A DNA stretch of 64,000 bases. Source: an uncultured cyanobacterium (GTDB lineage: Bacteria > Cyanobacteriota > Cyanobacteriia > Pseudanabaenales > Pseudanabaenaceae). Numbering within the stretch: position 1 is the first letter of the stretch; every line of letters starts with the position of its first letter. The DNA lies in assembly GCA_963703315.1 (NCBI GenBank), contig OY969811.1:4384001-4448000 (forward strand), given 5' to 3'. Position numbers and translations under genes: made by a program. Shown piece by piece: positions 28,504 through 38,981 of this stretch. Under the pieces are notes generated by a model, which worked only from the letters and a program-made list of their open reading frames with translations, had not been told where the DNA came from and did no database searches.

Positions 28504-29052
28504 CTAGGATTTTCCTTGTTGGTTATAGGGCAATTTTGCAAGTAAGGCTGCCATCGCGCAGGTATTCGATACACCTGCAAATACTAAGCCAGCACCAACA
28601 AATCCACTTAGAAATAGAAAAGTCGGTGAGACAAATGCACCAAGGATCGTACCGATAAAGACAAGGGAACCAGCCACGATTTGCACTTGGCGAAACATAC
28701 TGATTGGTGCGTTCTGATTTGCTTGAATAGAATATCCCGATTGTTTCCAAGCATTGAGTCCACCTTCTAGATGGATGACAGTTTCTACACCTGAGGTTAA
28801 GAGTTTGTTAGCAGCTTGAGCAGAACGGTTGCCAGACTGACAATGGAGTACTAAGTACTTGTCAGAGGCAAAGGGAATTTTATCGATATCAAATTGCGAT
28901 AATGGAACTAGCTTTGCGCCATGAATCTTCTCGGCTGAATGTTCAGAAGGCTCACGCACATCTACGAGAATCACTTGATTTTGATCTAGCCATTGCTTGA
29001 GTGTCTCAGCATCAACTGATTGTAGGCGGTTGTCAGAAATTTGGCTTGCCAT
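28504..29052 (-). CDS. Rhodanese domain + DUF2892 (YgaP-like) protein
   Basis: VDVREPSE, HCQSGNRS, LEGGLNAW; C-terminal RQVQIVAG...CAMAALLAKLPYN. Confidence 0.9.
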   Translation of the reverse strand: MASQISDNRLQSVDAETLKQWLDQNQVILVDVREPSEHSAEKIHGAKLVPLSQFDIDKIPFASDKYLVLHCQSGNRSAQAANKLLTSGVETVIHLEGGLNAWKQSGYSIQANQNAPISMFRQVQIVAGSLVFIGTILGAFVSPTFLFLSGFVGAGLVFAGVSNTCAMAALLAKLPYNQQGKS

Positions 29053-29137
29053 TGATAATCTTCCTTAAAAAATGAATAGTGATCAAGAAGGTGTGGACGT
29101 TGCGAAGCACCGCCCCCTGTAAATAGAATTGAAAAAT

Positions 29138-29842
29138 TTATGTAGAGACTGAGGCTCTAACTTTGCCACAGTTTAGGTTAGCAGGGACGGCTTCCATAAT
29201 AAATCTGGGATTTGGGAGATTGAGATTACCCATCAAATCGACAAATTGATTGATGTCTATACCTGCAAATCGAGGATTCCATTGTTTCTCTTCCGCGATC
29301 GTGGATACAGTCATGCCTCGATAGTCATGTCCTGGATAGACAAAGGTTGCATCTGGTAACTTAAATAAACGTTGGGTTACTGATTCGTAGAGGGTTACAG
29401 CACTACCACTCTGAAAGTCCGTGCGACCACAACCGCGAATTAAGAGAGCATCTCCTGTAAACAAATGAGTCCGATTAGCGAGATATGCCATGTGACTGTC
29501 GGTGTGTCCAGGAGTAGCGATCACCTGAATTTCCACATTGCCGATCGACAATACTTCTTGATCTTGTAGACGGCGATCGGCGCAACTAACATCAGCATTG
29601 CTCGGCACAACTCCCAAGCATCCTGTTAACTCTCGCAACTTGGCAGTGCCAGTAATATGATCGGCGTGAACATGGGTTTCTAGGCAATAACGTAGGCTTA
29701 GCCCTAACTGCTTAATCAGATTTAAGTCACGTTCGGTCTGACTAAGAACGGGATCGATTAGAGTCGCTTCCTTTGTTTGTTGATCGGCAACTAAATAGGT
29801 ATAGGTACTAGTTTCAGAATCAAAAAGCTGGCGAAATAACAT
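29138..29842 (-). CDS. MBL-fold persulfide dioxygenase (ETHE1/PDO-like)
   Basis: FRQLFD, ETHVHADHITG, TPGHT, GCGRTDFQ, YPGHDY, AVPAN. Confidence 0.9.
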   Translation of the reverse strand: MLFRQLFDSETSTYTYLVADQQTKEATLIDPVLSQTERDLNLIKQLGLSLRYCLETHVHADHITGTAKLRELTGCLGVVPSNADVSCADRRLQDQEVLSIGNVEIQVIATPGHTDSHMAYLANRTHLFTGDALLIRGCGRTDFQSGSAVTLYESVTQRLFKLPDATFVYPGHDYRGMTVSTIAEEKQWNPRFAGIDINQFVDLMGNLNLPNPRFIMEAVPANLNCGKVRASVST

Positions 29843-29927
29843 CAAGACCACCTATCTTTTAACCTTTGTTTAACTATACTACCATATAGTAATACAATGT
29901 CAAGCTTTTCTATGGCTATATGACACA

Positions 29928-30045
29928 ACCCCAGAAGTAGATTTGCGGCGCGGAGCGCCGCAAATCTACTTCTGGGGTTTTAACTCTTGCTTTGCTATTG
30001 CTTAAAAAAATAGAGGCGGCGCTTTGCGCCGCCTCTATTTTTTTA
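29928..30045. repeat. Two GC-core palindromes; the second is the probable prk terminator
   Basis: AACCCCAGAAGTAGATTTGCGGCGC-GGA-GCGCCGCAAATCTACTTCTGGGGTT and AAAATAGAGGCGGCGC-TTT-GCGCCGCCTCTATTTT. Confidence 0.8.
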
Positions 30046-31044
30046 AGCAGCAACAAGCTGCTCCGTTTTTTGAGTTAGACGCTCAAAGGTTGCTCGCATC
30101 TTCAAACCCACGATGACTTGTAATAGACCAGTCCCATTGTTAGAACCAGGATAATCAGGATGCCTGCGTAAAAGCTCCGTCAACTCACCGTAATACTTGG
30201 TATTCAAGCTACTGAGATGGTTTTCGAGATACACCACTTCCTCAAGGCGATCGAATTGTCCATCAATTTCTAATACACTCGCAGGGTGACCGAGCCAACT
30301 ATCAGGTCCCGAAAATAGCTTAATTCCGGGATAAGAACAAGTCAGCTTTGTGCCACAGGGAATCCAAGAAATAGTTGAACCCTCATCAAATAGATAGGCG
30401 GGTTTCAAACCTTCCACATCATTGCGCTGCACCAGACGGACTTTTAATACTTTGCGATCGCTGTCACTGGCAATCAAATTAGTGGGCAGAATTTGGATGA
30501 CCATATTTGCATAGGCTTTTTGAGGATCAATATAGGCATCAAAGTCTGGTCGGCGCGAGGCGATCGCCTGAATCACATCGGCAAGAGTATGACCACGTTC
30601 TGCCATATCCCGTTGGATCTTCCAAGCAACTTTAACTTCATCACTGAGATCGAGATAAATACTGAAATCGAGCAAATCGCGAACACGTTGGTCATAGAGT
30701 GGATGTAGCCCCTCGATCACAACTACTTTGTTTGGGGTAATCAATTCAGGAGGATCGATCATTCCTGTTTCATGGTTGTAAATGGGTTTCCACACCGATT
30801 TACCCTCTTTGAGAGCTTTCACCTGCTCATACATCAAGTCAAAATTATTGGCTCGTGGATCAAGGGCAGTAATACCCGTTTCCTTGCGTTGCTTGCGATC
30901 GAGGCTGTGATAGTCATCTAGACAGATCACAGTCATAAATTCTTCGCCAAATAAATCTTTTAGTCTTCCTAAAAATGTGGATTTTCCGCAACCAGAGTCA
31001 CCTGCAACTCCAATCACAACAACACGGGTGGGATTACTACTCAT
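30043..31044 (-). CDS. prk: Phosphoribulokinase
   Basis: GVAGDSGCGKSTF, CLDDYHSLDR, IQRDMAERGH, YPGSNNGTG. Confidence 0.97.
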   Translation of the reverse strand: MSSNPTRVVVIGVAGDSGCGKSTFLGRLKDLFGEEFMTVICLDDYHSLDRKQRKETGITALDPRANNFDLMYEQVKALKEGKSVWKPIYNHETGMIDPPELITPNKVVVIEGLHPLYDQRVRDLLDFSIYLDLSDEVKVAWKIQRDMAERGHTLADVIQAIASRRPDFDAYIDPQKAYANMVIQILPTNLIASDSDRKVLKVRLVQRNDVEGLKPAYLFDEGSTISWIPCGTKLTCSYPGIKLFSGPDSWLGHPASVLEIDGQFDRLEEVVYLENHLSSLNTKYYGELTELLRRHPDYPGSNNGTGLLQVIVGLKMRATFERLTQKTEQLVAA

Positions 31045-31265
31045 GATGATGTACCACTCCTAAAAAATAAAGGTGTTTACTATAAAAAATATAAAAATGT
31101 GTTTATTAATACTTTTGATATAGCATCAAATCTAGCAAAAAGAGATGACTATCTAGGTTTAATTTTAATTTAACTTTAATAATTACTATTGTTTGTGAGT
31201 TTCAAGTAAAAATAAAACGTAGATTCTAATGATTAGAGTTATGTGTAAATGTTGCGATCGCCATT

Positions 31266-32624
31266 ATGAACTTAATACTCACAAAATTTAAACTGCCAGA
31301 TTTGCGAAAATTAATTAACTTTGGGAAATACTTTCTGATTTCCTTAATAATTCTACTGAGCTTGCATCTTGTCGCCCATGCAAATAATCCTGAAGTAATC
31401 ATTCAGCCTGAATGGACGGTTGATTTAAAAGCGAGTACAGAACTCATTACGACTGGTGAGCAGGTATTTGTGATTGAGGATCTGAAGTATAGTGGAGAGC
31501 CAAAAGATTATTCGGCAACTTTATTTGCGATTAATACTAGGTCAGGAAAAGTGCAATGGCGACAGAAATTACCATTTCGTCAAAATCCTGGTAGTCGCCA
31601 GTTAATTTTAGAGAATGGAACTATTTATACCAGTCATGATGATGGCGTTACGGGATTTAATCTTAAAACTGGTTCTCCTAAAACATCTTTTAAGTATCTA
31701 AATATAAATAGTAGTGGTAGTCGCGATCGCTTGATAGGGATACATCAGGATATCGTCGTATATGGTGATTCTATACCACTCGATAAAAGTGACTTTAGTC
31801 GCACAGAATATCAAACAAAAGTATTTGGCATCACTAAAGATAAAACTATCTGGTCATATCAACTTCCTAAAAATGGGTTGATTGGTGGTATTTCGGCAAT
31901 CGAGCCAATGGTACAGAATGGAATTCTCTTTTTACCTTCTCGTCACAACACAACCGCAGGTGGGATTGAACAATTTACAGGGATGGATGTTACATCAGGT
32001 AAAGTGCTTTGGACTTGGGAAGCCCCGCGAAAACCTGATGGCTCAGGCTTTCGATCAGCCAATGTTTTAGGAGATACGCTCTTCTATACCTCAGATTTCG
32101 ATAATAGCAAGATGCAGTCATCAGAAAGACTCCGTGCGATCGACCTCAAAACTGGCAAAGAAAAATGGTCGTATGTCATTACTGACCAAACTAATTGGCG
32201 AACTAAAGCTGTTAGCGATCGCGAAGTTTTGCTCTGGGAATCACAAAATAATGTTGGTGGTAATTTTGTGGTGTTAGACAAGGAAACTGGCAGATTCTTA
32301 CGCAGATTTACAGTGCCACTTGGCTATTATGCGGCGTTTAAACCTTTAACTTGGGCAGATGGTCGGATTTATATAGAGGCGCTAGAACCCGAAAATGAGA
32401 CACTAAACTTTTCCGATTCTGTTAGAAATAGATGGTTAGGAGCCTTTGACGATAAAACTGGCAAATTAATATGGCGAACTCCCTCTTTGATAAATAGCAG
32501 TAATGACTATCCACCTGTTATTAGTGCTGTAGCCGATAAAGCTGAAAAGAAACGTTTGATTTTTGCTAGCAATTTCTTTGGTATAAAAGGTGGTAGTAAA
32601 ATTCAATCTTTTCTTATTCCCTAA
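31266..32624 (+). CDS. Secreted PQQ-like (BamB-type) beta-propeller protein, paralog 1
   Basis: Repeated A.D..TGK..W motifs; signal peptide ending AHA. Confidence 0.8.
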   Translation: MNLILTKFKLPDLRKLINFGKYFLISLIILLSLHLVAHANNPEVIIQPEWTVDLKASTELITTGEQVFVIEDLKYSGEPKDYSATLFAINTRSGKVQWRQKLPFRQNPGSRQLILENGTIYTSHDDGVTGFNLKTGSPKTSFKYLNINSSGSRDRLIGIHQDIVVYGDSIPLDKSDFSRTEYQTKVFGITKDKTIWSYQLPKNGLIGGISAIEPMVQNGILFLPSRHNTTAGGIEQFTGMDVTSGKVLWTWEAPRKPDGSGFRSANVLGDTLFYTSDFDNSKMQSSERLRAIDLKTGKEKWSYVITDQTNWRTKAVSDREVLLWESQNNVGGNFVVLDKETGRFLRRFTVPLGYYAAFKPLTWADGRIYIEALEPENETLNFSDSVRNRWLGAFDDKTGKLIWRTPSLINSSNDYPPVISAVADKAEKKRLIFASNFFGIKGGSKIQSFLIP

Positions 32625-32830
32625 ACCAATAAAGGCATCGTTTCGCGATGCCTTTATTGGTCGTGGCAAGACATCATTCGCCAGTGTGGATAGAAGGTTT
32701 GATGAGACTGATCGTGCCTGTAAAACTTGTGTAATATTTTGCCATACCAAAGGTAAGGGAAGATGTCACTAAGACATCGGCTTCTAAATTATAATCTTGA
32801 AAATTATTGAGAAATATCGCGATCGCCGTT

Positions 32831-34168
32831 ATGAACTTAATACTCACAAAATTTAAACTGCCTGATTCGCGAAAATTAATTAACTTTGGGAAATACTTTC
32901 TAATTTCCTTAGTACTGATGCTAGGCTTGCATCTTGTCGCCCATGCTAGTAATCCTGACGTTATAATTCAGCCTGAATGGAGTGCTGATCTAGAAACGAG
33001 TACAAAACTTGTTGCGACCGATCAGCAATTATTTGTGATCAGTTACAAGAAAGATGGTGAGGGCTATTTGTCAGAACTATTTGCCCTTGATATTGCATCA
33101 GGAAAAGTGCAATGGAAGCAAAAACTACCCCCCTATCGGAATACTTTTCGTCGTAGTTTAGTTCTGGACAATGGAACGATTTATGTTAGTCATGACAATG
33201 GCGTGGTGGGATTTGATCCTAAAACTGGCTCTCCCAAAGCATTATTTAAGTATGAGGAATATGAGGGGGGCAGCCAAGACGATCGCACGATGGGTATATA
33301 TCAAGGCATCGCTGTGTATGGTGATGCTAAATCAACCCGCGATCGCAACTACAGAAGCACTTATCGCATTGAGGTGTTTGGAATCAATCAGAATAAAACG
33401 ATCTGGTCATACAAACCCAATGCTAATGGACTGATTGGTATTTCTGTAGCCCATGATTCGATCAAACCAGTTATCCAGAATGGATTACTATTTTTACCTA
33501 ATTTTAATAACACTCCATCAGGACGCAGCGAACAATTTACAGTGATTGATGTGACATCAGGTAAAGTTCTTTGGAAATGGGAAGCGCCTCAAAATCCTGA
33601 TGGCTTATGGTCAGCCAAAGTTTTCGGAGATACGATTTATACTTCTGTCTTTGGTAATAGTGATATGAAACCATCGGGAAGACTGCGTGCGATCGATCTC
33701 AAAACTGGCAAAGAAAAATGGTCGTATGTGATCACTGGCAAAGCCAAAGCTGTTAGCGATCGCGAAGTCTTTGTGTGGCAATCTCAAGGTAATTCTGGTA
33801 ATAATTTTGTGGTGCTAGACAAGGAAACTGGCAGATTTTTACGCAGATTTGCACTGCCTCGCATCCATTATGATGAACCTCAAAATTTAACTTGGTCAGA
33901 TGGTCTCATTTACGCGCCTGATATGGAAATCAAAAATGCGACCTTCGGCTTTTATGGCTCTGCCGATAACAATAGTTGGGTCAGTGCCTTTGACGATCAA
34001 ACTGGGAAATTAGTCTGGCGGACTCCAACTTTGATGAATAGCCATATTTACTATCCACCAGTAGTTAGTGGTATCGCAGATAAATCTGCAAAGAAACGTT
34101 TGATTTTTGCTAGCAGTTTCCTGAGAACGAAAGGAAGTAGCAAAGTTCAAGCTTTCTCTATTCCCTAA
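32831..34168 (+). CDS. Secreted PQQ-like beta-propeller protein, paralog 2
   Basis: Collinear with paralog 1 and nearly identical at the N-terminus (MNLILTKFKLPD), so the start is ATG 32831. Confidence 0.8.
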   Translation: MNLILTKFKLPDSRKLINFGKYFLISLVLMLGLHLVAHASNPDVIIQPEWSADLETSTKLVATDQQLFVISYKKDGEGYLSELFALDIASGKVQWKQKLPPYRNTFRRSLVLDNGTIYVSHDNGVVGFDPKTGSPKALFKYEEYEGGSQDDRTMGIYQGIAVYGDAKSTRDRNYRSTYRIEVFGINQNKTIWSYKPNANGLIGISVAHDSIKPVIQNGLLFLPNFNNTPSGRSEQFTVIDVTSGKVLWKWEAPQNPDGLWSAKVFGDTIYTSVFGNSDMKPSGRLRAIDLKTGKEKWSYVITGKAKAVSDREVFVWQSQGNSGNNFVVLDKETGRFLRRFALPRIHYDEPQNLTWSDGLIYAPDMEIKNATFGFYGSADNNSWVSAFDDQTGKLVWRTPTLMNSHIYYPPVVSGIADKSAKKRLIFASSFLRTKGSSKVQAFSIP

Positions 34169-34236
34169 TTTGTGGCGCAAAGCGCCACAACTCTCTTTAA
34201 AAAGAAAGGCATCGCTTCGCGATGCCTTTCTTTTTC

Positions 34237-34791
34237 TTAAACCTTGCTACGGAGAATATCTCGACTGATCGCATTTTGGAAATCTTCTAAATGTGACTTA
34301 TGCTGTGGTAGCCAGACATCTCCTGTGGCGATCGCCATCGGTGGCAAAACATCATAAATTGGCTCTTGCAAAAAGTAAGTATCTTTTAACTGCACTAACC
34401 ATGCCGCTTGTCCTTGGTCTTGTACCCTTGATTGAATATCAATGAGACTAGTGGGGGCAATATCCAAATGTTGATCTAGCTCGAAATCTACTTCTAAGTT
34501 GCTGCGATCGCAGGGAAATATCGAGGCGATCGTGGCTAGTCCTTGAAGGGCAAAGGCAGGAAAGGTGTCAGTATCAAAGCCAAACTCATCCATGAGTTGC
34601 CGACAGATATGGGCAGATTCGGGATTGTCAGGATAGCCGAGGGAATGAATTAAGACTCTAGTATCAGTCGCAGTTTTGATAAATTCAGGCGGATTGAAAA
34701 TAACTAAGGTGGTATACACCCGCGCTAAGTAACAAACTGCCTCTTCAGGGCATAGAGAAATGGCTACGGTGATTGCTGCTTGGTCAAGCAT
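34237..34791 (-). CDS. Hypothetical protein, possibly a degenerate ASCH/PUA-like domain
   Basis: ISL..EEA..., RVLIHS and AWLVQLKD...LQEPI echo the ASCH layout, but the GxKxxExR motif is absent. Confidence 0.5.
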   Translation of the reverse strand: MLDQAAITVAISLCPEEAVCYLARVYTTLVIFNPPEFIKTATDTRVLIHSLGYPDNPESAHICRQLMDEFGFDTDTFPAFALQGLATIASIFPCDRSNLEVDFELDQHLDIAPTSLIDIQSRVQDQGQAAWLVQLKDTYFLQEPIYDVLPPMAIATGDVWLPQHKSHLEDFQNAISRDILRSKV

Positions 34792-35033
34792 GATGCAGAA
34801 ATGCAAGTACTTTTGATGTTTAAGCTGATCAGCATACAACGATTCTGAGGTTTGCGCGTTGCTGCAAATGACTTAATCTTGCACCAAAATCGCTAATTTA
34901 GGGCGAAGACTGACTATTTTGCTTAACGTAAAACTTTGAGTAAAAAATCGTTATATATACTGACTACCTCCTTGACGAAGAGTTCACAAAGTTGTTGCCA
35001 TCCAATGATGATAGGGGTTGCAAAGCGCCGCTA

Positions 35034-35456
35034 TCATCTTTTTGAGAAGACAAAGTGCTGCTTAATTACATCAAATTTAGTGCATTTCCAATAGTCAATA
35101 TGGGAAATAATTAATTCGCGATCGCCCTGCCCTTCACCTAAACCATCAGCAAAATTTTCCAGAGTGAGATCGCTCCAGCCTGTAACACTGATCCGAGGTT
35201 TCCAAGGAAAAGGTGCATCCCAACTCATTGTCCAACGGGCTGTGACTAAATTATCAGTACGTTTAATCTCATGGAGATCCAGCTTGAGATTTTTAAACCA
35301 AAAGGTAATAAACCCAATCATCTTTTGATATTGCTTGATCCCCCGAAAGTTATAGACAGGATCTTTAAAATAGACATCTTCGCTATAGATGCTATAGGTT
35401 TGCGCTTCAGGGAATTTTGCATAATCTGCTGTAATTATGTCGAGAATATTAGTCAT
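35034..35456 (-). CDS. DUF2358 (NTF2/SnoaL-like) protein
   Basis: YSIYSEDVYFKDP, RWTMSW...PWKPRI, ISHIDYW. Confidence 0.82.
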   Translation of the reverse strand: MTNILDIITADYAKFPEAQTYSIYSEDVYFKDPVYNFRGIKQYQKMIGFITFWFKNLKLDLHEIKRTDNLVTARWTMSWDAPFPWKPRISVTGWSDLTLENFADGLGEGQGDRELIISHIDYWKCTKFDVIKQHFVFSKR

Positions 35457-35677
35457 TTTGTGATCGCCTCCTATGAAATTCTTAGAGCCAAGACACCAAA
35501 GAGAGTTGCACCGCAACTCTCTTTGGTGTCTGCATTAGCTTTTGATAATAACCTTGAGGACGCGCAACGCTAAGAATCTCAAGAGAGATTAAGGACTTAC
35601 AGTAAAATAAAGAACCAGTTTTGGTAGCGCGGCAAAGCCGCGCTACCAAAACTGGTTCTTTATCAGAGGAGATTCTT

Positions 35678-36142
35678 ATGTGGGCTAATGCGATCGCTGC
35701 CTATTTACATTATTTGAGCTTAGCGCTGATTTTTGCAGCCTTATCTACGGAATTATTTACGTTAAAACAAGACTTAACTAATAAAGAAGCGTGGCGAATT
35801 CTGATTGCTGATAGCATCTATGGGCTGGCAGGAATCACTGTCTTAGTCACAGGAATTTTGAGGGTTTTATACTTCGAGAAAGGTGCTGACTATTACACCC
35901 ATCAGCCTGTTTTTTGGATGAAAATATCGGTGTTTATTGTCGTCGGTTTGTTGTCGCTATATCCCACGTTCTCATTCTTGATGTGGATTAAAGCCCTTCG
36001 TGCCGAAAAGCCCCCTGAAGTCAGTCCCGAAAAAATCAAAACGCTCAAAACTATCGTTCATATAGAACTGTTTGGATTTAGCCTCATTCCCCTCCTAGCC
36101 TCAATGATGGCAAGAGGTATTGGCGCAAACTGGTTCCATTAA
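35678..36142 (+). CDS. DUF2214 family membrane protein
   Basis: AYLHYL, DSIYG, EKGADYY, LLSLYPT, ASMMARGIG. Confidence 0.85.
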   Translation: MWANAIAAYLHYLSLALIFAALSTELFTLKQDLTNKEAWRILIADSIYGLAGITVLVTGILRVLYFEKGADYYTHQPVFWMKISVFIVVGLLSLYPTFSFLMWIKALRAEKPPEVSPEKIKTLKTIVHIELFGFSLIPLLASMMARGIGANWFH

Positions 36143-36172
36143 TCGCAAAAGTGTCGCTTTGCGGCACTTTTG

Positions 36173-36499
36173 TTAAGACAAAGCATCCCGCAGCATCGCT
36201 AATTTTTCAGGCAAAATGCGATAGTAAATCCAAGTCCCACGTCGATCTTTGGTGAGTAAACCTGCTTCATAGAGGACTTTGAGATGGTGACTCACTGTTG
36301 GTTGCGATAAACCCAGAGTCTCCACCAATTCACAAGCACATACCTCTTGACTTGGCTGAGCCGCAATTAAGCTCAAGATTTGTAAACGCGCAGGTTCTCC
36401 CAAGACACGAAATATCGTGGCTAAATAGTTAGCATCGCTAGAAGTCAGACGACCTTCTAGCAAGGGTGGACAACAGATAATTGATTGATTTGACTTCAT
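36173..36499 (-). CDS. arsR: ArsR/SmtB family repressor
   Basis: LGEPARLQIL, CACEL, LSQPTVSHHLKVL; divergent from acr3. Confidence 0.9.
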   Translation of the reverse strand: MKSNQSIICCPPLLEGRLTSSDANYLATIFRVLGEPARLQILSLIAAQPSQEVCACELVETLGLSQPTVSHHLKVLYEAGLLTKDRRGTWIYYRILPEKLAMLRDALS

Positions 36500-36531
36500 A
36501 AACTTATACTGCCATGAATGAAGACTAGATC

Positions 36532-36566
36532 ACAAATATCGATTATTATAAATATTGATATTTGTC
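36532..36566. promoter_or_regulatory. Probable ArsR operator (inverted repeat) between arsR and acr3
   Basis: ACAAATATC...GATATTTGT dyad in the short divergent spacer. Confidence 0.55.
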
Positions 36567-36585
36567 GATATCAGGTAAATCAATC

Positions 36586-37638
36586 ATGGCACATATACAG
36601 CCGATTAAACGACTATCAATTCTCGATCGCTTTTTGACCGTCTGGATTTTTCTGGCAATGGCGGTAGGTGTGACGATCGGCGCACTTTTTCCTGCTGTTG
36701 ATCGGGTAATCAATCAGTTTCAAGTTGGGACTACCAATATTGCGATCGCGATCGGTTTAATTTTGATGATGTATCCACCTTTCGCGAAAGTGCGTTATGA
36801 AGAATTAGGCGATGTCTTCCGCAATGGCAAAATCTTGGCTCTAGCCCTATTCCAGAGTTGGATCATTGCGCCGAGCCTGATGTTTCTATTGGCGATCGCC
36901 TTTTTTCGAGACTCACCCGAATATATGGTTGGTTTGATGTTGATTGGGATTGCGCCATGTATCGCGATGGTAGTGGTATGGAGCGATCTCGCTAAGGGCA
37001 ATTCTGAATATACGGCGGGATTAGTTGCCTTTAATAGTATCTTCCAAGTTCTATTTTATAGCTTCTATGCTTGGTTTTTTATTACCGTATTACCGCCGCT
37101 ATTTGGCTTACAAAGCACTGTGGTGAATGTAAGTATCATCGAGATTGGACAAACTGTTTCTATCTATCTCGGTATTCCTTTTATTGCAGGATTTTTGACG
37201 CGATTTTTCCTGAGCAAAATTAAAGGGAAAAACTGGTATCACAATGTATTTATTCCTAAAATCAGCCCAATCACCCTCATTTCATTGCTGTTTACGATTG
37301 TGGTGATGTTCAGTCTTAAGGGAAGCTTGATGTTAAAAATCCCTTTGGATGTCGTTAGGATTTCGATTCCATTGTTGATTTACTTCGTTGCGATGTTTGT
37401 AGTCAGTTTTTATCTTGCTTGGCTCATCAAGGCAGATTATGACAAGGCGGCGAGTGTGGCTTTTACGGCGGCAAGTAACAATTTTGAACTTGCGATTGCG
37501 GTGGCAGTCGGTGTATTTGGCATTAATTCAGGTGCAGCTTTTGTGGCGGTGGTTGGACCTCTCATCGAAGTTCCAGTTTTAATTAGTCTTGTGAATCTAT
37601 CTTTCTGGTTCAAGCGACATTACTTTGATCCTAAATAG
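36586..37638 (+). CDS. acr3: ACR3 family arsenite efflux transporter
   Basis: [42 protein letters not shown]. Confidence 0.95.
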   Translation: MAHIQPIKRLSILDRFLTVWIFLAMAVGVTIGALFPAVDRVINQFQVGTTNIAIAIGLILMMYPPFAKVRYEELGDVFRNGKILALALFQSWIIAPSLMFLLAIAFFRDSPEYMVGLMLIGIAPCIAMVVVWSDLAKGNSEYTAGLVAFNSIFQVLFYSFYAWFFITVLPPLFGLQSTVVNVSIIEIGQTVSIYLGIPFIAGFLTRFFLSKIKGKNWYHNVFIPKISPITLISLLFTIVVMFSLKGSLMLKIPLDVVRISIPLLIYFVAMFVVSFYLAWLIKADYDKAASVAFTAASNNFELAIAVAVGVFGINSGAAFVAVVGPLIEVPVLISLVNLSFWFKRHYFDPK

Positions 37639-37644
37639 GATTTC

Positions 37645-37785
37645 GTAACCCAACCAAGAACTCAAGTTCTTGGCTCAAAGCTCAAGTCGGCTAAAGCAGA
37701 CTAAAAAGACCTTTTCTCTGATCAACCCGTTTTAACGGGTTTAAGCTTTCAGCCCGTAATTTATTACAGGGCTATTGCGTAAGTT
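37645..37785. repeat. REP-like multi-hairpin element between acr3 and gap
   Basis: Hairpins CCAAGAACT/AGTTCTTGG, AGTCGGCT/AGCAGACT, AACCCGTT/AACGGGTT, GCCCGTAAT/ATTACAGGGC. Confidence 0.65.
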
Positions 37786-37900
37786 ATATCAACTTTTGGT
37801 GTTGACAGATTCCCACAGGTATAGCCAAAATAAATATATTGATTAACATAAATATTTATTTTAATCAATATTTAAAATATACTTAACCTTTAGATAATTT

Positions 37901-38920
37901 ATGGCTGTGCGAGTTGGTATTAATGGGTTTGGCAGAATTGGCAGACTGGTGCTGCGGGCTGGTTGGGACTTTCCCGAATTAGAATTTGTGCATATCAATG
38001 AAATCAATGGCGGCATCGAAGCGGCAGCGCACTTGCTCAAATTTGACTCAGTACATGGTCGTTGGTTGCCTGATGTGAGATTAGAAGGCGATCGCCTAGT
38101 CATTGACGATCAAAAATCAATTCAAAAAATCAGCTTTAGTGAATATGCCAAACCCGAATTAGTTAACTGGCAAGAATTAGGCGTAGATCTAGTTCTGGAA
38201 TGTTCTGGCAAATTCCGCACTCCCGAAACCCTAAGTCCCTATTTCACCAAAGGCGTAAAGAAAGTCATCGTCGCGGCTCCCGTGAAGGAAGAAGCACTAA
38301 ATATTGTGATGGGAATTAACGATCATCTCTACGATCCCGATCAGCACCATCTTCTTACCGCAGCATCCTGTACCACCAATTGTCTCGCGCCTGTAGTGAA
38401 AGTTATTCATGAAGGTCTAGGCATTAAACATGGTGTAATTACCACGATTCATGACAATACAAATACCCAAACCCTTGTCGATGCACCACATAAAGATCTG
38501 CGCCGTGCTAGGGCTTCGGCTTTATCATTAATTCCGACTACAACGGGATCGGCAACTGCGATCGCCATGATTTATCCCGAGCTCAAGGGCAAGTTGAATG
38601 GACTAGCCGTGCGTGTACCTTTGCTGAATGCTTCGCTTACCGATTGTGTGTTTGAGGTAGCGCGATCGACAACCATTGAAGAAGTGAATAGTTTGTTGAA
38701 ATCTGCCGCCGAAGGTGAACTGAAGGGAATTTTAGGTTATGAAGAGCGTCCTTTAGTTTCTATTGATTACAAAGATGATTCGCGATCTTCAATTATTGAT
38801 GCTCTCTCCACAATGGTTGTAGATGGAACTCAGGTCAAGATTTTAGCTTGGTATGACAACGAATGGGGCTATTCCTGTCGCATGGCAGAATTAGCGAGAA
38901 AAGTGGCAATCTCTTTATAA
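37901..38920 (+). CDS. ArsJ-associated glyceraldehyde-3-phosphate dehydrogenase
   Basis: [29 protein letters not shown]; directly upstream of arsJ. Confidence 0.92.
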   Translation: MAVRVGINGFGRIGRLVLRAGWDFPELEFVHINEINGGIEAAAHLLKFDSVHGRWLPDVRLEGDRLVIDDQKSIQKISFSEYAKPELVNWQELGVDLVLECSGKFRTPETLSPYFTKGVKKVIVAAPVKEEALNIVMGINDHLYDPDQHHLLTAASCTTNCLAPVVKVIHEGLGIKHGVITTIHDNTNTQTLVDAPHKDLRRARASALSLIPTTTGSATAIAMIYPELKGKLNGLAVRVPLLNASLTDCVFEVARSTTIEEVNSLLKSAAEGELKGILGYEERPLVSIDYKDDSRSSIIDALSTMVVDGTQVKILAWYDNEWGYSCRMAELARKVAISL

Positions 38921-38981
38921 ACGCAAAATTGAGCGTGCAAAGCACGCTCAATTTTGCTGCAAATATTCTTTAAGAAAACCT

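Noticed and set aside
32660..32800. Spacer between the beta-propeller paralogs with short ORFs on both strands
   Set aside because: No RBS, motif or family similarity is evident.
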